DNA of 64,000 bases from Schizochytrium sp. TIO01 (lineage: Eukaryota > Protista > Bigyra: Labyrinthulomycetes): contig SMSO01000034.1 of the NCBI GenBank assembly GCA_004764695.1, positions 1,922,001 to 1,986,000 of the forward strand, written 5' to 3'. The position numbers and the translations under genes are program-made. Within the stretch, counting starts at the first letter, position 1; each line of letters starts with the position of its first letter. Positions 50,940 through 64,000 of the stretch are shown in pieces. The notes beneath the pieces are model-generated. The model did no database searches. It was not told the origin of the DNA and saw only the letters and a list, made by a program, of their open reading frames with translations.

Positions 50940-53900
50940 AACAAGCAGTTGATGGATCCTCACAAGGGACAATATTTCATTAACCACTAAAGATATTAAT
51001 GTTGCACAAGTATCATCAGAAAGCTTCCGAAATTTGCAACATGTTGAAGTATTTGTTTCTGAGAAAACACATCTCCCATGTGTTTTTACTGACCTTTGAA
51101 AGTTATTTCTTGGTCTCTCATATTATTAATAGGGGGAGGGAAACGAGTTTAGTAGTGTTGTAACTCTATGCATATAATAGATAGAACTTTGCTACAAGCA
51201 TCGTCGGATAGCTGAATAATAGTTAAAGTGGGTGCATTTGATTTATGAGAGAAACTCTTCTTGCAAGCCTGAGAAAAGAAGCTCTAAGTTGCCACTCTAT
51301 TTGTGAGCAGCAAAATGATTAGTATAAGGTTCATTTTCTCAACAACGGGGGAAGATATTAATCATCAGGTGGTACCGTTGGAAAGCTGTTAAGATTCACA
51401 ACAGGGTAGATGTGTTTTCTCAGGCGAAATGTTTTAAAAAATTATTTTTACTGACCTTTGAAAGTTATTTCTTAGTCGCCCATATCATTAATAGGGAGAA
51501 AGAACTGAGTTTAGTAATGCTCTAACTCTATGAATAGAATAGAAAGGACTTTGCTATAGGCACCCATTGATAGAACATGAATAGCTGAGATGCTCGAATT
51601 TGATTTGTGAGAAAAAAGACCCTGTCAAGCTTGAGAAAAGAAGCCCCAAGTTATCATTCTGTTTGTGAGCAGGACAGAGAATTAAATGGTTAGTATAAGA
51701 TTCACTTTCTTAAAATAGGATAGTATATTAATTATTGAAGTGTACCATTGGAAAGCTGGTTGAATTTACAACAGATTGAATGTGTTTTCTCAGAAAAAAT
51801 ACTTTTAACATGCATTTTACTGACCTTTAAAAGTTATTTTTTTTGTCTCTCATATTATTAATAGGGGGAAGGAACTGGGTTAGTAGTGTTGTATCTCTAT
51901 AAATACAATCGACAGAGCTTTTCTACAAACATCATTCGATAGTTTATGAAGTGTTAAGATGAGAGCATTTGATTTATGAGAATAAATGTTCTTGCAAGCT
52001 GGAGAAAAAAAGCCCCAAGTTGTCACTCTATTTGTGAGCAGGATAGAGAATTGAACGGCTAGCATAAAATTGATTTTCTCAACACCGGGGAAAGATATTA
52101 ATCATGGAGGGGTACCGTTGGACAGCTGGGGCAATTTACAACGGGGTTGAGGTGTTTGCTTAGCTGAAATATTCTTAAAATGTGTTTCTACTGACCTTTG
52201 AAAGGTTATTTTTGGTCTCTTATATTATTAATAGGGGGAGGGAACCGAGTTTAGTAGTGCTTTAACTCTATGAGTAGAGTAAGCAGAACTTTTCTAGAAG
52301 CATCGTTCGATAGCGCATAAATTGTTGAGATGAGTGCATTTGATTTATGAGAGAAAAGCTTCTTGCAAGCTTGAGAAAAGAAGCTCTAAGTTGTCACTCT
52401 ATTTGATAACAAAAGAAATAAATAAGTGATTAGTATAAGATGCATTTTCTCAACAACGGGAAAATATATAAATCATGGAGTGGTACCATTGGAAAGCTGC
52501 TTGAAATTACAACAGGGTAGATGTGATTTCTCAGAAAAAATACTTTAAACATATAGTTTTACTGACCTTTAAAAGTTTACTTTTTTGTCTCTCATATTAT
52601 TAATAGGGGGAAGGAACCGACTTTAGTAGTGTTTTAACTCTATGAGTAGAGTAAGCAGAGCTTTTCTAGAAGAATCATTCGATAGCGCATGAATTGTTGA
52701 GATGGCCGCATTTGATTCATGAGAGAAAATCTTTTTTCAAATTTGAGAAAAGAAGCTCTAAGTTGTTACTCTATTTGTTGGCAGGATAAAGAATAAAATG
52801 ATTAGTATAGGATTAATTTTCTCAACGATGAAGCAATATATTAATCATGGAGGGGTACCGTTGGAAAGCTGATGCAATTTACCACAGGGTAGATGTGTTT
52901 GCTCAGGTGAAATAGTATTGAAATGTTTTTTTACTGACCTTTGAAAGTTTATTTTTGGTCTCTCATATTATTAATAGGGGAAGGAAACCAAGTTTAGTAG
53001 TGATCTAACTCTTTGAGAAGAATAAACAGAACTTTTATGGAAGAACCAATCGATAGGAAATTAATTGCTGAGATGTTCGCATTTAATTTATGAGAGAAAT
53101 TCTTCTTGCAAGCTTGAGAAAAGAAGCTCCAAGTTGTCACTCTATTTTGTGAGCAGGACAGAGAATTAAATGGTTAGTATAAGATTCATTTTCTCAACAA
53201 TGGAGTAATATATTAATCATCGAGTGGTACCGTTGGAAAGCAGTTTTCATTTGCAACAGGGTAGATGTGTTGGTTCAGAAAAAATAAAATTTAAAGTATG
53301 TTTTATTGACTTTTGAAAGACATTTCTTAGTCTCCCATATTATTAATAGGGGGGAGGAACCGAATTTAGTAGTGTTCTAACTCTATGAGTAGAATAAGCA
53401 GAACTTTTCTAGAAGAACCACTGGATAAGGCATGGATTGTTGAGGTGGCCTCATTTGATTTATGAGAGAAAATCTTCTTTTAAGTTTGAGAAAAGAAGCT
53501 CTAAGTTGTTACTCTATTTGATAACAAAAGAAATAATTAAAAGATTTGTACAAGATTCATTTTCTCAACAACGGGGAAACATATAAATCATGGAGTGGTA
53601 CCATTGGAAAGCTGCTTGAAATTGCAACAGGGTAGATGTAATTTCTCAGAAAAAATACTTTAAACATATAGTTTTACTGACCTTTGAAAGTTTATTTTTG
53701 GTCTCTCATATTATTAATATGGGGAAGGAACCGAGTTAGTAGTGTTTTAACTCTATGAGTAGAGTAAGCAAAACTTTCCAAGAAAAACCACTGGATAAGG
53801 CATGGATTGTTGAGGTGGCCTCATTTGATTCATGAGAGAAAATCTTTTTTCAAGTTTGAGAAAAGAAGCTCTAAGTTATTACTCTATTTATTAGCATGAT

Positions 53901-56460
53901 AAAGGGTAAATTGAATAGTATAAGATTCAGTATCTCAACTATGAGATAATATATTAATCATCCAGTGGTACCATTGGAAAGCGGCTTGAATTTACAGCAG
54001 GGTAGATGTGTTTTCTCCGAAACAATACTTTAAACATATAGTTTTACTGACCTTTGAAAGTTTATTTTTGGTCTCTCATATTATTAATAGGGGAAAGGAA
54101 CTGGGTTTGGTAGTGTTCTAACTTTATCAATAGAATTGACAGAGCTTTACTACAAGCACCATTCGATAGCTCATGAATTGTTAAGATGCGTGTATTTGAT
54201 TTACGAGAAAAACTCTTCTTGCAAGCTTGAGAAAACAAGCTCCAAGTTGTCACTCTATTTGTGAGCAGGATAAAGAATTAAATGACCAGTATAAACTACA
54301 TTTTCTTATCAACAGGGAAAGATATAAATCATGGAGGGGTACCGTTGGAACCCTGGTGCAATTTGCAACAAGATAGACGTGCTGCTTTAGAAAAAATAAA
54401 TTAATATTATGTTTTTTTTACTTTGAAAGTCATTTCTTAGTTTCTCATATTATTAATAAGGAGAAAGAGCTGAGTTTAGTAGTGTTCTAACTCTATGAAA
54501 AGAAAAACCAGAAATTTTCTAGAAGAACCACTCGATAGCCCATTACTTGTTGAGATGACTACATTTGATTCATGAGAGAAAAGCTTCTCGCAAGCTTGAG
54601 AAATGAAGCTGGAGGTTATCACTCTATTTGTTAGCAGGACAGAGAATAAATTGTTTAGTATAAGACTCATTTTCTCAACAACGGGGAAAGATATTAATCA
54701 TGGAATGGTACCGTTGGAAAGCTGTTTCAATTTACATTAGGGAAAATGCCTTGATTTAGAAAATAAAATAACGATTATGTTTTTACTAACCTTTAAAAGA
54801 TATTTTTTGGTCTCTTATACTATTAATATGAAAAAAGAACTGAGTTTAGAAGTGTTGTAACTCTATACAAAGAATGAACAAAACTTTTCTCCAAGCATCA
54901 CCCGGTAGTGGAATAAGTGTTGATACGTCCGCATTTGAGTTATGAGAAAACTTCTTCTTGCAAGCTTCAGTATAAAGCTCCAAGTTGTTACTCTATTTGT
55001 TAATAGAACAAGGAATAAAATGATTAGTATAAGACTCATTTTCTCAACAACAAGGATAGATATTAATCATGGAGTGGTACCGTTGGAAAGCTGTTTCAAT
55101 TTACATTAGGGTCAATGTCTTGATTTAGAAAAATAAAATTATGATTATGTTTTTACTGACCTTTGAAATTTATTTTTTGGTCTTTCATATTAATAATAGT
55201 GTTAAGGGGCTATAAAAAGGCGTGACTAATGACCACTCGTCAATACCTAGTATACCCCGGTCCCATATATAGATTATCTCTTGACACCCCCCCATTCTCT
55301 GGGCGAAAGGTTCATATTTCGGTTAGAGACTGATTCGACATCCCAGCAGGAATAGGACACCCCTACCCCCCAGTAAGTCCTTCTTTTTCCAGGCACTTAC
55401 ATCATGGGGGGATCGAACCCGGGACCAACATACGGCAACTCTATCTCCTAGAGTTTCAGCTATTTGACTCTTAATCTGTTAAGGGGCTATAAAAAGGCGT
55501 GACTAATGACCACTCGTCAATACCTAGTATACCCCGGTCCCATATATAGATTATCTCTTGACAAATAGGGGGAAGTAACCGAGTTTAGTAGTGTTCTAAC
55601 TTTATCAATGTAATAGCCAGAGCATTACTACAAGCACAATTCGATAATTCATGAACTGTTAAGATGCGTGCATTTGATTTATGATAAAAAATATTCTTGC
55701 AAGATTGAGACAAAAACATCAAACTGTCACTCTATTTGTTAGCAGGATATAAAACAACATGTTTAGTACAAGATCAATTTTCTCAACAACAGGGTCATAT
55801 ATTAATCATCGAATGGTACCCTTGAAAAAAAGCGCCAATTTGCAACAGGTAAAATGCGTTTGCTAAGAGAAATAAAAATTTTATTTATGTTTTTACTGAC
55901 TTTCAAAAGTTATTTCTTAGTTTTTCATATTAATATTAAGGAGAAGGAACCGAGTTTAGTAGTGTTTTAACGCAATCAAAAACGTAGGTAGAACTTTTCC
56001 ACAAGAACCACTCGGTCGCTCGTTCATGGCTAAGATGGACACATTTGATTGATGAGAGGAAATCTTCTTGCCAGCTACAGGGAACAGGTCTTAGTTATCA
56101 CTATAATGGTTAGCAGGCCATAGAATTAAATGGTTAGCATAAGATTCATTTCCTCAACAAATGAGTCACCTATTAATCATCGAATAGTACTATCGGAAAG
56201 CTGCTGAACTGTACGACAGGAAACCTATCTTGATTAAGAAAACTTAGAATTCTATTCAAGTTTTTATTGACTTTGAAAGTTATTTCTTAGTTTCTCATAT
56301 TTCTAAGAACGAGAACAGGAAAACTTTGAAGTGTCATAACTCTATCAATAAAAAAGGTAGAACTTTTCTACAAGCACCACTAGAACGCTTCACAACTCAT
56401 CAACGATCAACACTGAATTGTGGTGAAAAAATAGTTCTACAAATTAGACAAAGGACTTCC
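50940..56460. repeat. Subtelomeric repeat family 3 (~14 diverged copies of ~370 bp); fits the rDNA-telomere spacer repeats described as LORE-TEARS in Aurantiochytrium
   Basis: Marker CTGACCTTTGAAAG or variants at about 51089, 51451, 51820, 52191, 52562, 52934, 53306, 53677, 54047, 54420, 54786, 55156, 55896, 56267. Confidence 0.93.
55200..55563 (-). mobile_element. TRIM (miniature non-autonomous LTR element), 364 bp
   Basis: Identical 87-bp TG...CA LTRs (55200-55286, 55477-55563); TSD AATAG; PPT AGAGAATGGGGGGG (minus); 190-bp non-coding interior. Confidence 0.93.
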
Positions 56461-56634
56461 ATCATATTATATACTGTTCTTATTGAAGTCTCCCATATCC
56501 ACGAATGTCAGCAGGCGCATAAAATCTTTTTAATTTTTTGAAAGAAAATATTTTAAATTCTTCATTAAACTTTTTATTGTAAAATCATTAATAAATATAA
56601 TGTATAATAATAGGTAAGGTTAGATGAATGATAG

Positions 56635-57009
56635 TAGGTAGGTTAGGTTAGGTTAGGTTAGGTTAGGTTAGGTTAGGTTAGGTTAGGTAGGTTAGGTTAG
56701 GTTAGGTTAGGTTAGGTTAGGTTAGGTTAGGTTAGGTTAGGTTAGGTTAGGTTAGGTTAGGTTAGGTTAGGTTAGGTTAGGTTAGGTTAGGTTAGGTTAG
56801 GTTTAGGTTAGGTTAGGTTAGGTTAGGTTAGGTTTAGGTTAGGTTAGGTTTAGGTTAGGTTAGGTTAGGTTAGGTTAGGTTAGGTTAGGTTAGGTTAGGT
56901 TAGGTTAGGTTAGGTTAGGTTAGGTTAGGTTAGGTTAGGTTAGGTTAGGTTAGGTTAGGTTAGGTTAGGTTAGGTTAGGTTAGGTTAGGTTGGGGTTAGG
57001 TTAGGTTAG
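56635..57009 (+). repeat. Telomeric repeat (TTAGG)n
   Basis: ~375-bp tract with rare TTTAGG/TAGG variants; G-rich strand points away from the rDNA. Confidence 0.98.
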
Positions 57010-57010
57010 N

Positions 57011-57285
57011 ACCTAACCTAACCTAACCTAACCTAACCTAACCTAACCTAACCTAACCTAACCTAACCTAACCTAACCTAACCTAACCTAACCTAACCTA
57101 ACCTAACCTAACCTAACCTAACCTAACCTAACCTAACCTAACCTAACCTAACCTAACCTAACCTAACCTAACCTAACCTAACCTAACCTAACCTAACCTA
57201 ACCTAACCTAACCTAACCTAACCTAACCTAACCTAACCTAACCTAACCTAACCTAACCTAACCTAACCTAACCTAACCTAACCTA
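57011..57285 (-). repeat. Inverted telomeric repeat (CCTAA)n after a single N
   Basis: Perfect CCTAA tract; N at 57010. Confidence 0.97.
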
Positions 57286-60200
57286 CTATCATTCATCTAA
57301 CCTTACCTATTATTATACATTATATTTATTAATGATTTTACAATAAAAAGTTTAATGAAGAATTTAAAATATTTTCTTTCAAAAAATTAAAAAGATTTTA
57401 TGCGCCTGCTGACATTCGTGGATATGGGAGACTTCAATAAGAACAGTATATAATATGATGGAAGTCCTTTGTCTAATTTGTAGAACTATTTTTTCACCAC
57501 AATTCAGTGTTGATCGTTGATGAGTTGTGAAGCGTTCTAGTGGTGCTTGTAGAAAAGTTCTACCTTTTTTATTGATAGAGTTATGACACTTCAAAGTTTT
57601 CCTGTTCTCGTTCTTAGAAATATGAGAAACTAAGAAATAACTTTCAAAGTCAATAAAAACTTGAATAGAATTCTAAGTTTTCTTAATCAAGATAGGTTTC
57701 CTGTCGTACAGTTCAGCAGCTTTCCGATAGTACTATTCGATGATTAATAGGTGACTCATTTGTTGAGGAAATGAATCTTATGCTAACCATTTAATTCTAT
57801 GGCCTGCTAACCATTATAGTGATAACTAAGACCTGTTCCCTGTAGCTGGCAAGAAGATTTCCTCTCATCAATCAAATGTGTCCATCTTAGCCATGAACGA
57901 GCGACCGAGTGGTTCTTGTGGAAAAGTTCTACCTACGTTTTTGATTGCGTTAAAACACTACTAAACTCGGTTCCTTCTCCTTAATATTAATATGAAAAAC
58001 TAAGAAATAACTTTTGAAAGTCAGTAAAAACATAAATAAAATTTTTATTTCTCTTAGCAAACGCATTTTACCTGTTGCAAATTGGCGCTTTTTTTCAAGG
58101 GTACCATTCGATGATTAATATATGACCCTGTTGTTGAGAAAATTGATCTTGTACTAAACATGTTGTTTTATATCCTGCTAACAAATAGAGTGACAGTTTG
58201 ATGTTTTTGTCTCAATCTTGCAAGAATATTTTTTATCATAAATCAAATGCACGCATCTTAACAGTTCATGAATTATCGAATTGTGCTTGTAGTAATGCTC
58301 TGGCTATTACATTGATAAAGTTAGAACACTACTAAACTCGGTTACTTCCCCCTATTTGTCAAGAGATAATCTATATATGGGACCGGGGTATACTAGGTAT
58401 TGACGAGTGGTCATTAGTCACGCCTTTTTATAGCCCCTTAACAGATTAAGAGTCAAATAGCTGAAACTCTAGGAGATAGAGTTGCCGTATGTTGGTCCCG
58501 GGTTCGATCCCCCCATGATGTAAGTGCCTGGAAAAAGAAGGACTTACTGGGGGGTAGGGGTGTCCTATTCCTGCTGGGATGTCGAATCAGTCTCTAACCG
58601 AAATATGAACCTTTCGCCCAGAGAATGGGGGGGTGTCAAGAGATAATCTATATATGGGACCGGGGTATACTAGGTATTGACGAGTGGTCATTAGTCACGC
58701 CTTTTTATAGCCCCTTAACACTATTATTAATATGAAAGACCAAAAAATAAATTTCAAAGGTCAGTAAAAACATAATCATAATTTTATTTTTCTAAATCAA
58801 GACATTGACCCTAATGTAAATTGAAACAGCTTTCCAACGGTACCACTCCATGATTAATATCTATCCTTGTTGTTGAGAAAATGAGTCTTATACTAATCAT
58901 TTTATTCCTTGTTCTATTAACAAATAGAGTAACAACTTGGAGCTTTATACTGAAGCTTGCAAGAAGAAGTTTTCTCATAACTCAAATGCGGACGTATCAA
59001 CACTTATTCCACTACCGGGTGATGCTTGGAGAAAAGTTTTGTTCATTCTTTGTATAGAGTTACAACACTTCTAAACTCAGTTCTTTTTTCATATTAATAG
59101 TATAAGAGACCAAAAAATATCTTTTAAAGGTTAGTAAAAACATAATCGTTATTTTATTTTCTAAATCAAGGCATTTTCCCTAATGTAAATTGAAACAGCT
59201 TTCCAACGGTACCATTCCATGATTAATATCTTTCCCCGTTGTTGAGAAAATGAGTCTTATACTAAACAATTTATTCTCTGTCCTGCTAACAAATAGAGTG
59301 ATAACCTCCAGCTTCATTTCTCAAGCTTGCGAGAAGCTTTTCTCTCATGAATCAAATGTAGTCATCTCAACAAGTAATGGGCTATCGAGTGGTTCTTCTA
59401 GAAAATTTCTGGTTTTTCTTTTCATAGAGTTAGAACACTACTAAACTCAGCTCTTTCTCCTTATTAATAATATGAGAAACTAAGAAATGACTTTCAAAGT
59501 AAAAAAAACATAATATTAATTTATTTTTTCTAAAGCAGCACGTCTATCTTGTTGCAAATTGCACCAGGGTTCCAACGGTACCCCTCCATGATTTATATCT
59601 TTCCCTGTTGATAAGAAAATGTAGTTTATACTGGTCATTTAATTCTTTATCCTGCTCACAAATAGAGTGACAACTTGGAGCTTGTTTTCTCAAGCTTGCA
59701 AGAAGAGTTTTTCTCGTAAATCAAATACACGCATCTTAACAATTCATGAGCTATCGAATGGTGCTTGTAGTAAAGCTCTGTCAATTCTATTGATAAAGTT
59801 AGAACACTACCAAACCCAGTTCCTTTCCCCTATTAATAATATGAGAGACCAAAAATAAACTTTCAAAGGTCAGTAAAACTATATGTTTAAAGTATTGTTT
59901 CGGAGAAAACACATCTACCCTGCTGTAAATTCAAGCCGCTTTCCAATGGTACCACTGGATGATTAATATATTATCTCATAGTTGAGATACTGAATCTTAT
60001 ACTATTCAATTTACCCTTTATCATGCTAATAAATAGAGTAATAACTTAGAGCTTCTTTTCTCAAACTTGAAAAAAGATTTTCTCTCATGAATCAAATGAG
60101 GCCACCTCAACAATCCATGCCTTATCCAGTGGTTTTTCTTGGAAAGTTTTGCTTACTCTACTCATAGAGTTAAAACACTACTAACTCGGTTCCTTCCCCA

Positions 60201-63200
60201 TATTAATAATATGAGAGACCAAAAATAAACTTTCAAAGGTCAGTAAAACTATATGTTTAAAGTATTTTTTCTGAGAAATTACATCTACCCTGTTGCAATT
60301 TCAAGCAGCTTTCCAATGGTACCACTCCATGATTTATATGTTTCCCCGTTGTTGAGAAAATGAATCTTGTACAAATCTTTTAATTATTTCTTTTGTTATC
60401 AAATAGAGTAACAACTTAGAGCTTCTTTTCTCAAACTTAAAAGAAGATTTTCTCTCATAAATCAAATGAGGCCACCTCAACAATCCATGCCTTATCCAGT
60501 GGTTCTTCTAGAAAAGTTCTGCTTATTCTACTCATAGAGTTAGAACACTACTAAATTCGGTTCCTCCCCCCTATTAATAATATGGGAGACTAAGAAATGT
60601 CTTTCAAAAGTCAATAAAACATACTTTAAATTTTATTTTTTCTGAACCAACACATCTACCCTGTTGCAAATGAAAACTGCTTTCCAACGGTACCACTCGA
60701 TGATTAATATATTACTCCATTGTTGAGAAAATGAATCTTATACTAACCATTTAATTCTCTGTCCTGCTCACAAAATAGAGTGACAACTTGGAGCTTCTTT
60801 TCTCAAGCTTGCAAGAAGAATTTCTCTCATAAATTAAATGCGAACATCTCAGCAATTAATTTCCTATCGATTGGTTCTTCCATAAAAGTTCTGTTTATTC
60901 TTCTCAAAGAGTTAGATCACTACTAAACTTGGTTTCCTTCCCCTATTAATAATATGAGAGACCAAAAATAAACTTTCAAAGGTCAGTAAAAAAACATTTC
61001 AATACTATTTCACCTGAGCAAACACATCTACCCTGTGGTAAATTGCATCAGCTTTCCAACGGTACCCCTCCATGATTAATATATTGCTTCATCGTTGAGA
61101 AAATTAATCCTATACTAATCATTTTATTCTTTATCCTGCCAACAAATAGAGTAACAACTTAGAGCTTCTTTTCTCAAATTTGAAAAAAGATTTTCTCTCA
61201 TGAATCAAATGCGGCCATCTCAACAATTCATGCGCTATCGAATGATTCTTCTAGAAAAGCTCTGCTTACTCTACTCATAGAGTTAAAACACTACTAAAGT
61301 CGGTTCCTTCCCCCTATTAATAATATGAGAGACAAAAAAGTAAACTTTTAAAGGTCAGTAAAACTATATGTTTAAAGTATTTTTTCTGAGAAATCACATC
61401 TACCCTGTTGTAATTTCAAGCAGCTTTCCAATGGTACCACTCCATGATTTATATATTTTCCCGTTGTTGAGAAAATGCATCTTATACTAATCACTTATTT
61501 ATTTCTTTTGTTATCAAATAGAGTGACAACTTAGAGCTTCTTTTCTCAAGCTTGCAAGAAGCTTTTCTCTCATAAATCAAATGCACTCATCTCAACAATT
61601 TATGCGCTATCGAACGATGCTTCTAGAAAAGTTCTGCTTACTCTACTCATAGAGTTAAAGCACTACTAAACTCGGTTCCCTCCCCCTATTAATAATATAA
61701 GAGACCAAAAATAACCTTTCAAAGGTCAGTAGAAACACATTTTAAGAATATTTCAGCTAAGCAAACACCTCAACCCCGTTGTAAATTGCCCCAGCTGTCC
61801 AACGGTACCCCTCCATGATTAATATCTTTCCCCGGTGTTGAGAAAATCAATTTTATGCTAGCCGTTCAATTCTCTATCCTGCTCACAAATAGAGTGACAA
61901 CTTGGGGCTTTTTTTCTCCAGCTTGCAAGAACATTTATTCTCATAAATCAAATGCTCTCATCTTAACACTTCATAAACTATCGAATGATGTTTGTAGAAA
62001 AGCTCTGTCGATTGTATTTATAGAGATACAACACTACTAACCCAGTTCCTTCCCCCTATTAATAATATGAGAGACAAAAAAAATAACTTTTAAAGGTCAG
62101 TAAAATGCATGTTAAAAGTATTTTTTCTGAGAAAACACATTCAATCTGTTGTAAATTCAACCAGCTTTCCAATGGTACACTTCAATAATTAATATACTAT
62201 CCTATTTTAAGAAAGTGAATCTTATACTAACCATTTAATTCTCTGTCCTGCTCACAAACAGAATGATAACTTGGGGCTTCTTTTCTCAAGCTTGACAGGG
62301 TCTTTTTTCTCACAAATCAAATTCGAGCATCTCAGCTATTCATGTTCTATCAATGGGTGCCTATAGCAAAGTCCTTTCTATTCTATTCATAGAGTTAGAG
62401 CATTACTAAACTCAGTTCTTTCTCCCTATTAATGATATGGGCGACTAAGAAATAACTTTCAAAGGTCAGTAAAAATAATTTTTTAAAACATTTCGCCTGA
62501 GAAAACACATCTACCCTGTTGTGAATCTTAACAGCTTTCCAACGGTACCACCTGATGATTAATATCTTCCCCCGTTGTTGAGAAAATGAACCTTATACTA
62601 ATCATTTTGCTGCTCACAAATAGAGTGGCAACTTAGAGCTTCTTTTCTCAGGCTTGCAAGAAGAGTTTCTCTCATAAATCAAATGCACCCACTTTAACTA
62701 TTATTCAGCTATCCGACGATGCTTGTAGCAAAGTTCTATCTATTATATGCATAGAGTTACAACACTACTAAACTCGTTTCCCTCCCCCTATTAATAATAT
62801 GAGAGACCAAGAAATAACTTTCAAAGGTCAGTAAAAACACATGGGAGATGTGTTTTCTCAGAAACAAATACTTCAACATGTTGCAAATTTCGGAAGCTTT
62901 CTGATGATACTTGTGCAACATTAATATCTTTAGTGGTTAATGAAATATTGTCCCTTGTGAGGATCCATCAACTGCTTGTTTAAATAAAGTGATAACTACG
63001 AGCTTCTTTTCGCAAGCTTGAAAACATATTTTTTCGCAGCGATTATGACTATCATGTGGTAACAACGATGCACTTTCCGACGGTTCTTGTCGAAAAGACC
63101 TTACAATTTTATCCAGAAAGTTATAACAGTACTAAGTTTAGTTCTTTCCTCTTATTAATAATATGGAAGAGTAACATTTTCTTTTAAAAGTTCGAAAAAT

Positions 63201-64000
63201 ACTTTCAAATATTTGTTTTTTCTGACTCATGCTTTCATCCGTATTCTGTATTGCTTGCGCTTTCTACTGATCCAAATCTTTAAATGATCAATATTGTAGT
63301 TGTGGAGATAATGGGGTTTTGAAGAAGTGGGAGGCTACTGCCAAATACCTGGAAGGGTATTTTCTCACAATTTTAGAATGATTTCCTCTTGAGAACTTCA
63401 ATAGAACAGCTCTCCATAAATTTGCTGATCTAATGGTGCAAAAATAACATGTGTCTTTCGAGTAGTTGTCGAGAAAATATGTCTTTCTTTCTTTCGATAA
63501 TCCATCAGTTGCCTGATAAAGTAATCACTTGGAGCTTCTTTCTGCAAGCTTGAAAACATCTTTTTTCGCAACGATTATAACTATCATGTGGTAAAACCGA
63601 CGCAGGTCCCGTCAATGCTTGTCAACAAGATCTAGCTATTTTATCCAGAAAGTTACAACAGTACTAAGTTTAGTTCTTTCCTCTTATTAATAGTATGGAA
63701 CAGTAACATTTTCTTTTAAAAGTTCGAAAAATACTTTCAAAGATTTGTTTTTTCGCACTCCTGCCATCATCCGTATTTGGTATTTCTTGCGCTTTCTACT
63801 GATCCAAGTCTTTAAATGATCAATAAAGTAGTTGTGGAGATAATGGGGTTTTGAAGAAGTGGAAGGCTGCTGCCAAATACCTGGAAGGGTATTTTCTCAT
63901 AATTTTAGAATGATTTCCTCTTGAGAACTTCAATAGTACAGCTCTCCATAAATTGGCTGATCGAATGGTGCAAGAATAACATGTGTCTCTCAAGTAGTTG
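57286..64000 (-). repeat. Reverse-complement mirror of 49920-56634 (subtelomeric repeats)
   Basis: Position y = 113920 - x at every landmark checked (paired ORFs, TRIM, window end). Confidence 0.96.
58357..58720 (+). mobile_element. Mirror copy of the TRIM
   Basis: Reverse complement of 55200-55563, with TSD CTATT. Confidence 0.9.

Noticed and set aside
55395-55476. Complete tRNA gene inside the TRIM
   Set aside because: The T-arm motif and the anticodon match are on opposite strands, and no cloverleaf can be folded.
51880-62040. Small protein family encoded by the subtelomeric repeats
   Set aside because: Only a few units stay open, most have stops or indels, and the second set is just the mirror copy.
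1-64000. Endogenous giant virus (mirusvirus-like) or group I intron sequence
   Set aside because: No intronless gene-dense block or viral hallmark ORF, and both rDNA units are of normal length without large insertions.

Overview
Eukaryotic chromosome end from a thraustochytrid. The 18S sequence, TTAGG telomere and solitary subtelomeric rDNA fit Aurantiochytrium/Schizochytrium; this was recognised by eye, not searched. From left to right: (1) a young Ty1/copia element (758-6593, minus) with identical TA...TA-ended LTRs that carry telomere repeats; (2) an interstitial 18S-5.8S-28S unit; (3) a tRNA cluster with solo LTRs; (4) a 5S gene; (5) a 13-exon minus-strand gene encoding 10 LRRs, a helical linker, a protein kinase, a RING domain and an RBR-type Cys/His domain; (6) a second 5S gene; (7) an older, damaged plus-strand LRR gene; (8) a second, sequence-distinct rDNA unit; (9) three families of subtelomeric repeats, one interrupted by a 364-bp TRIM; (10) a (TTAGG)n telomere; (11) after a single N, a reverse-complement mirror of the same end, probably an assembly join. 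The most striking item is the LRR gene, which the ORF track misses. Its ~420-bp tandem repeat is an array of 84-nt single-LRR exons in near-identical introns. Variation is concentrated in the exposed beta-strand codons at the splice junctions, and some exons are mosaics. This makes it a candidate diversifying receptor-kinase-E3 system. All alignments were done by eye.
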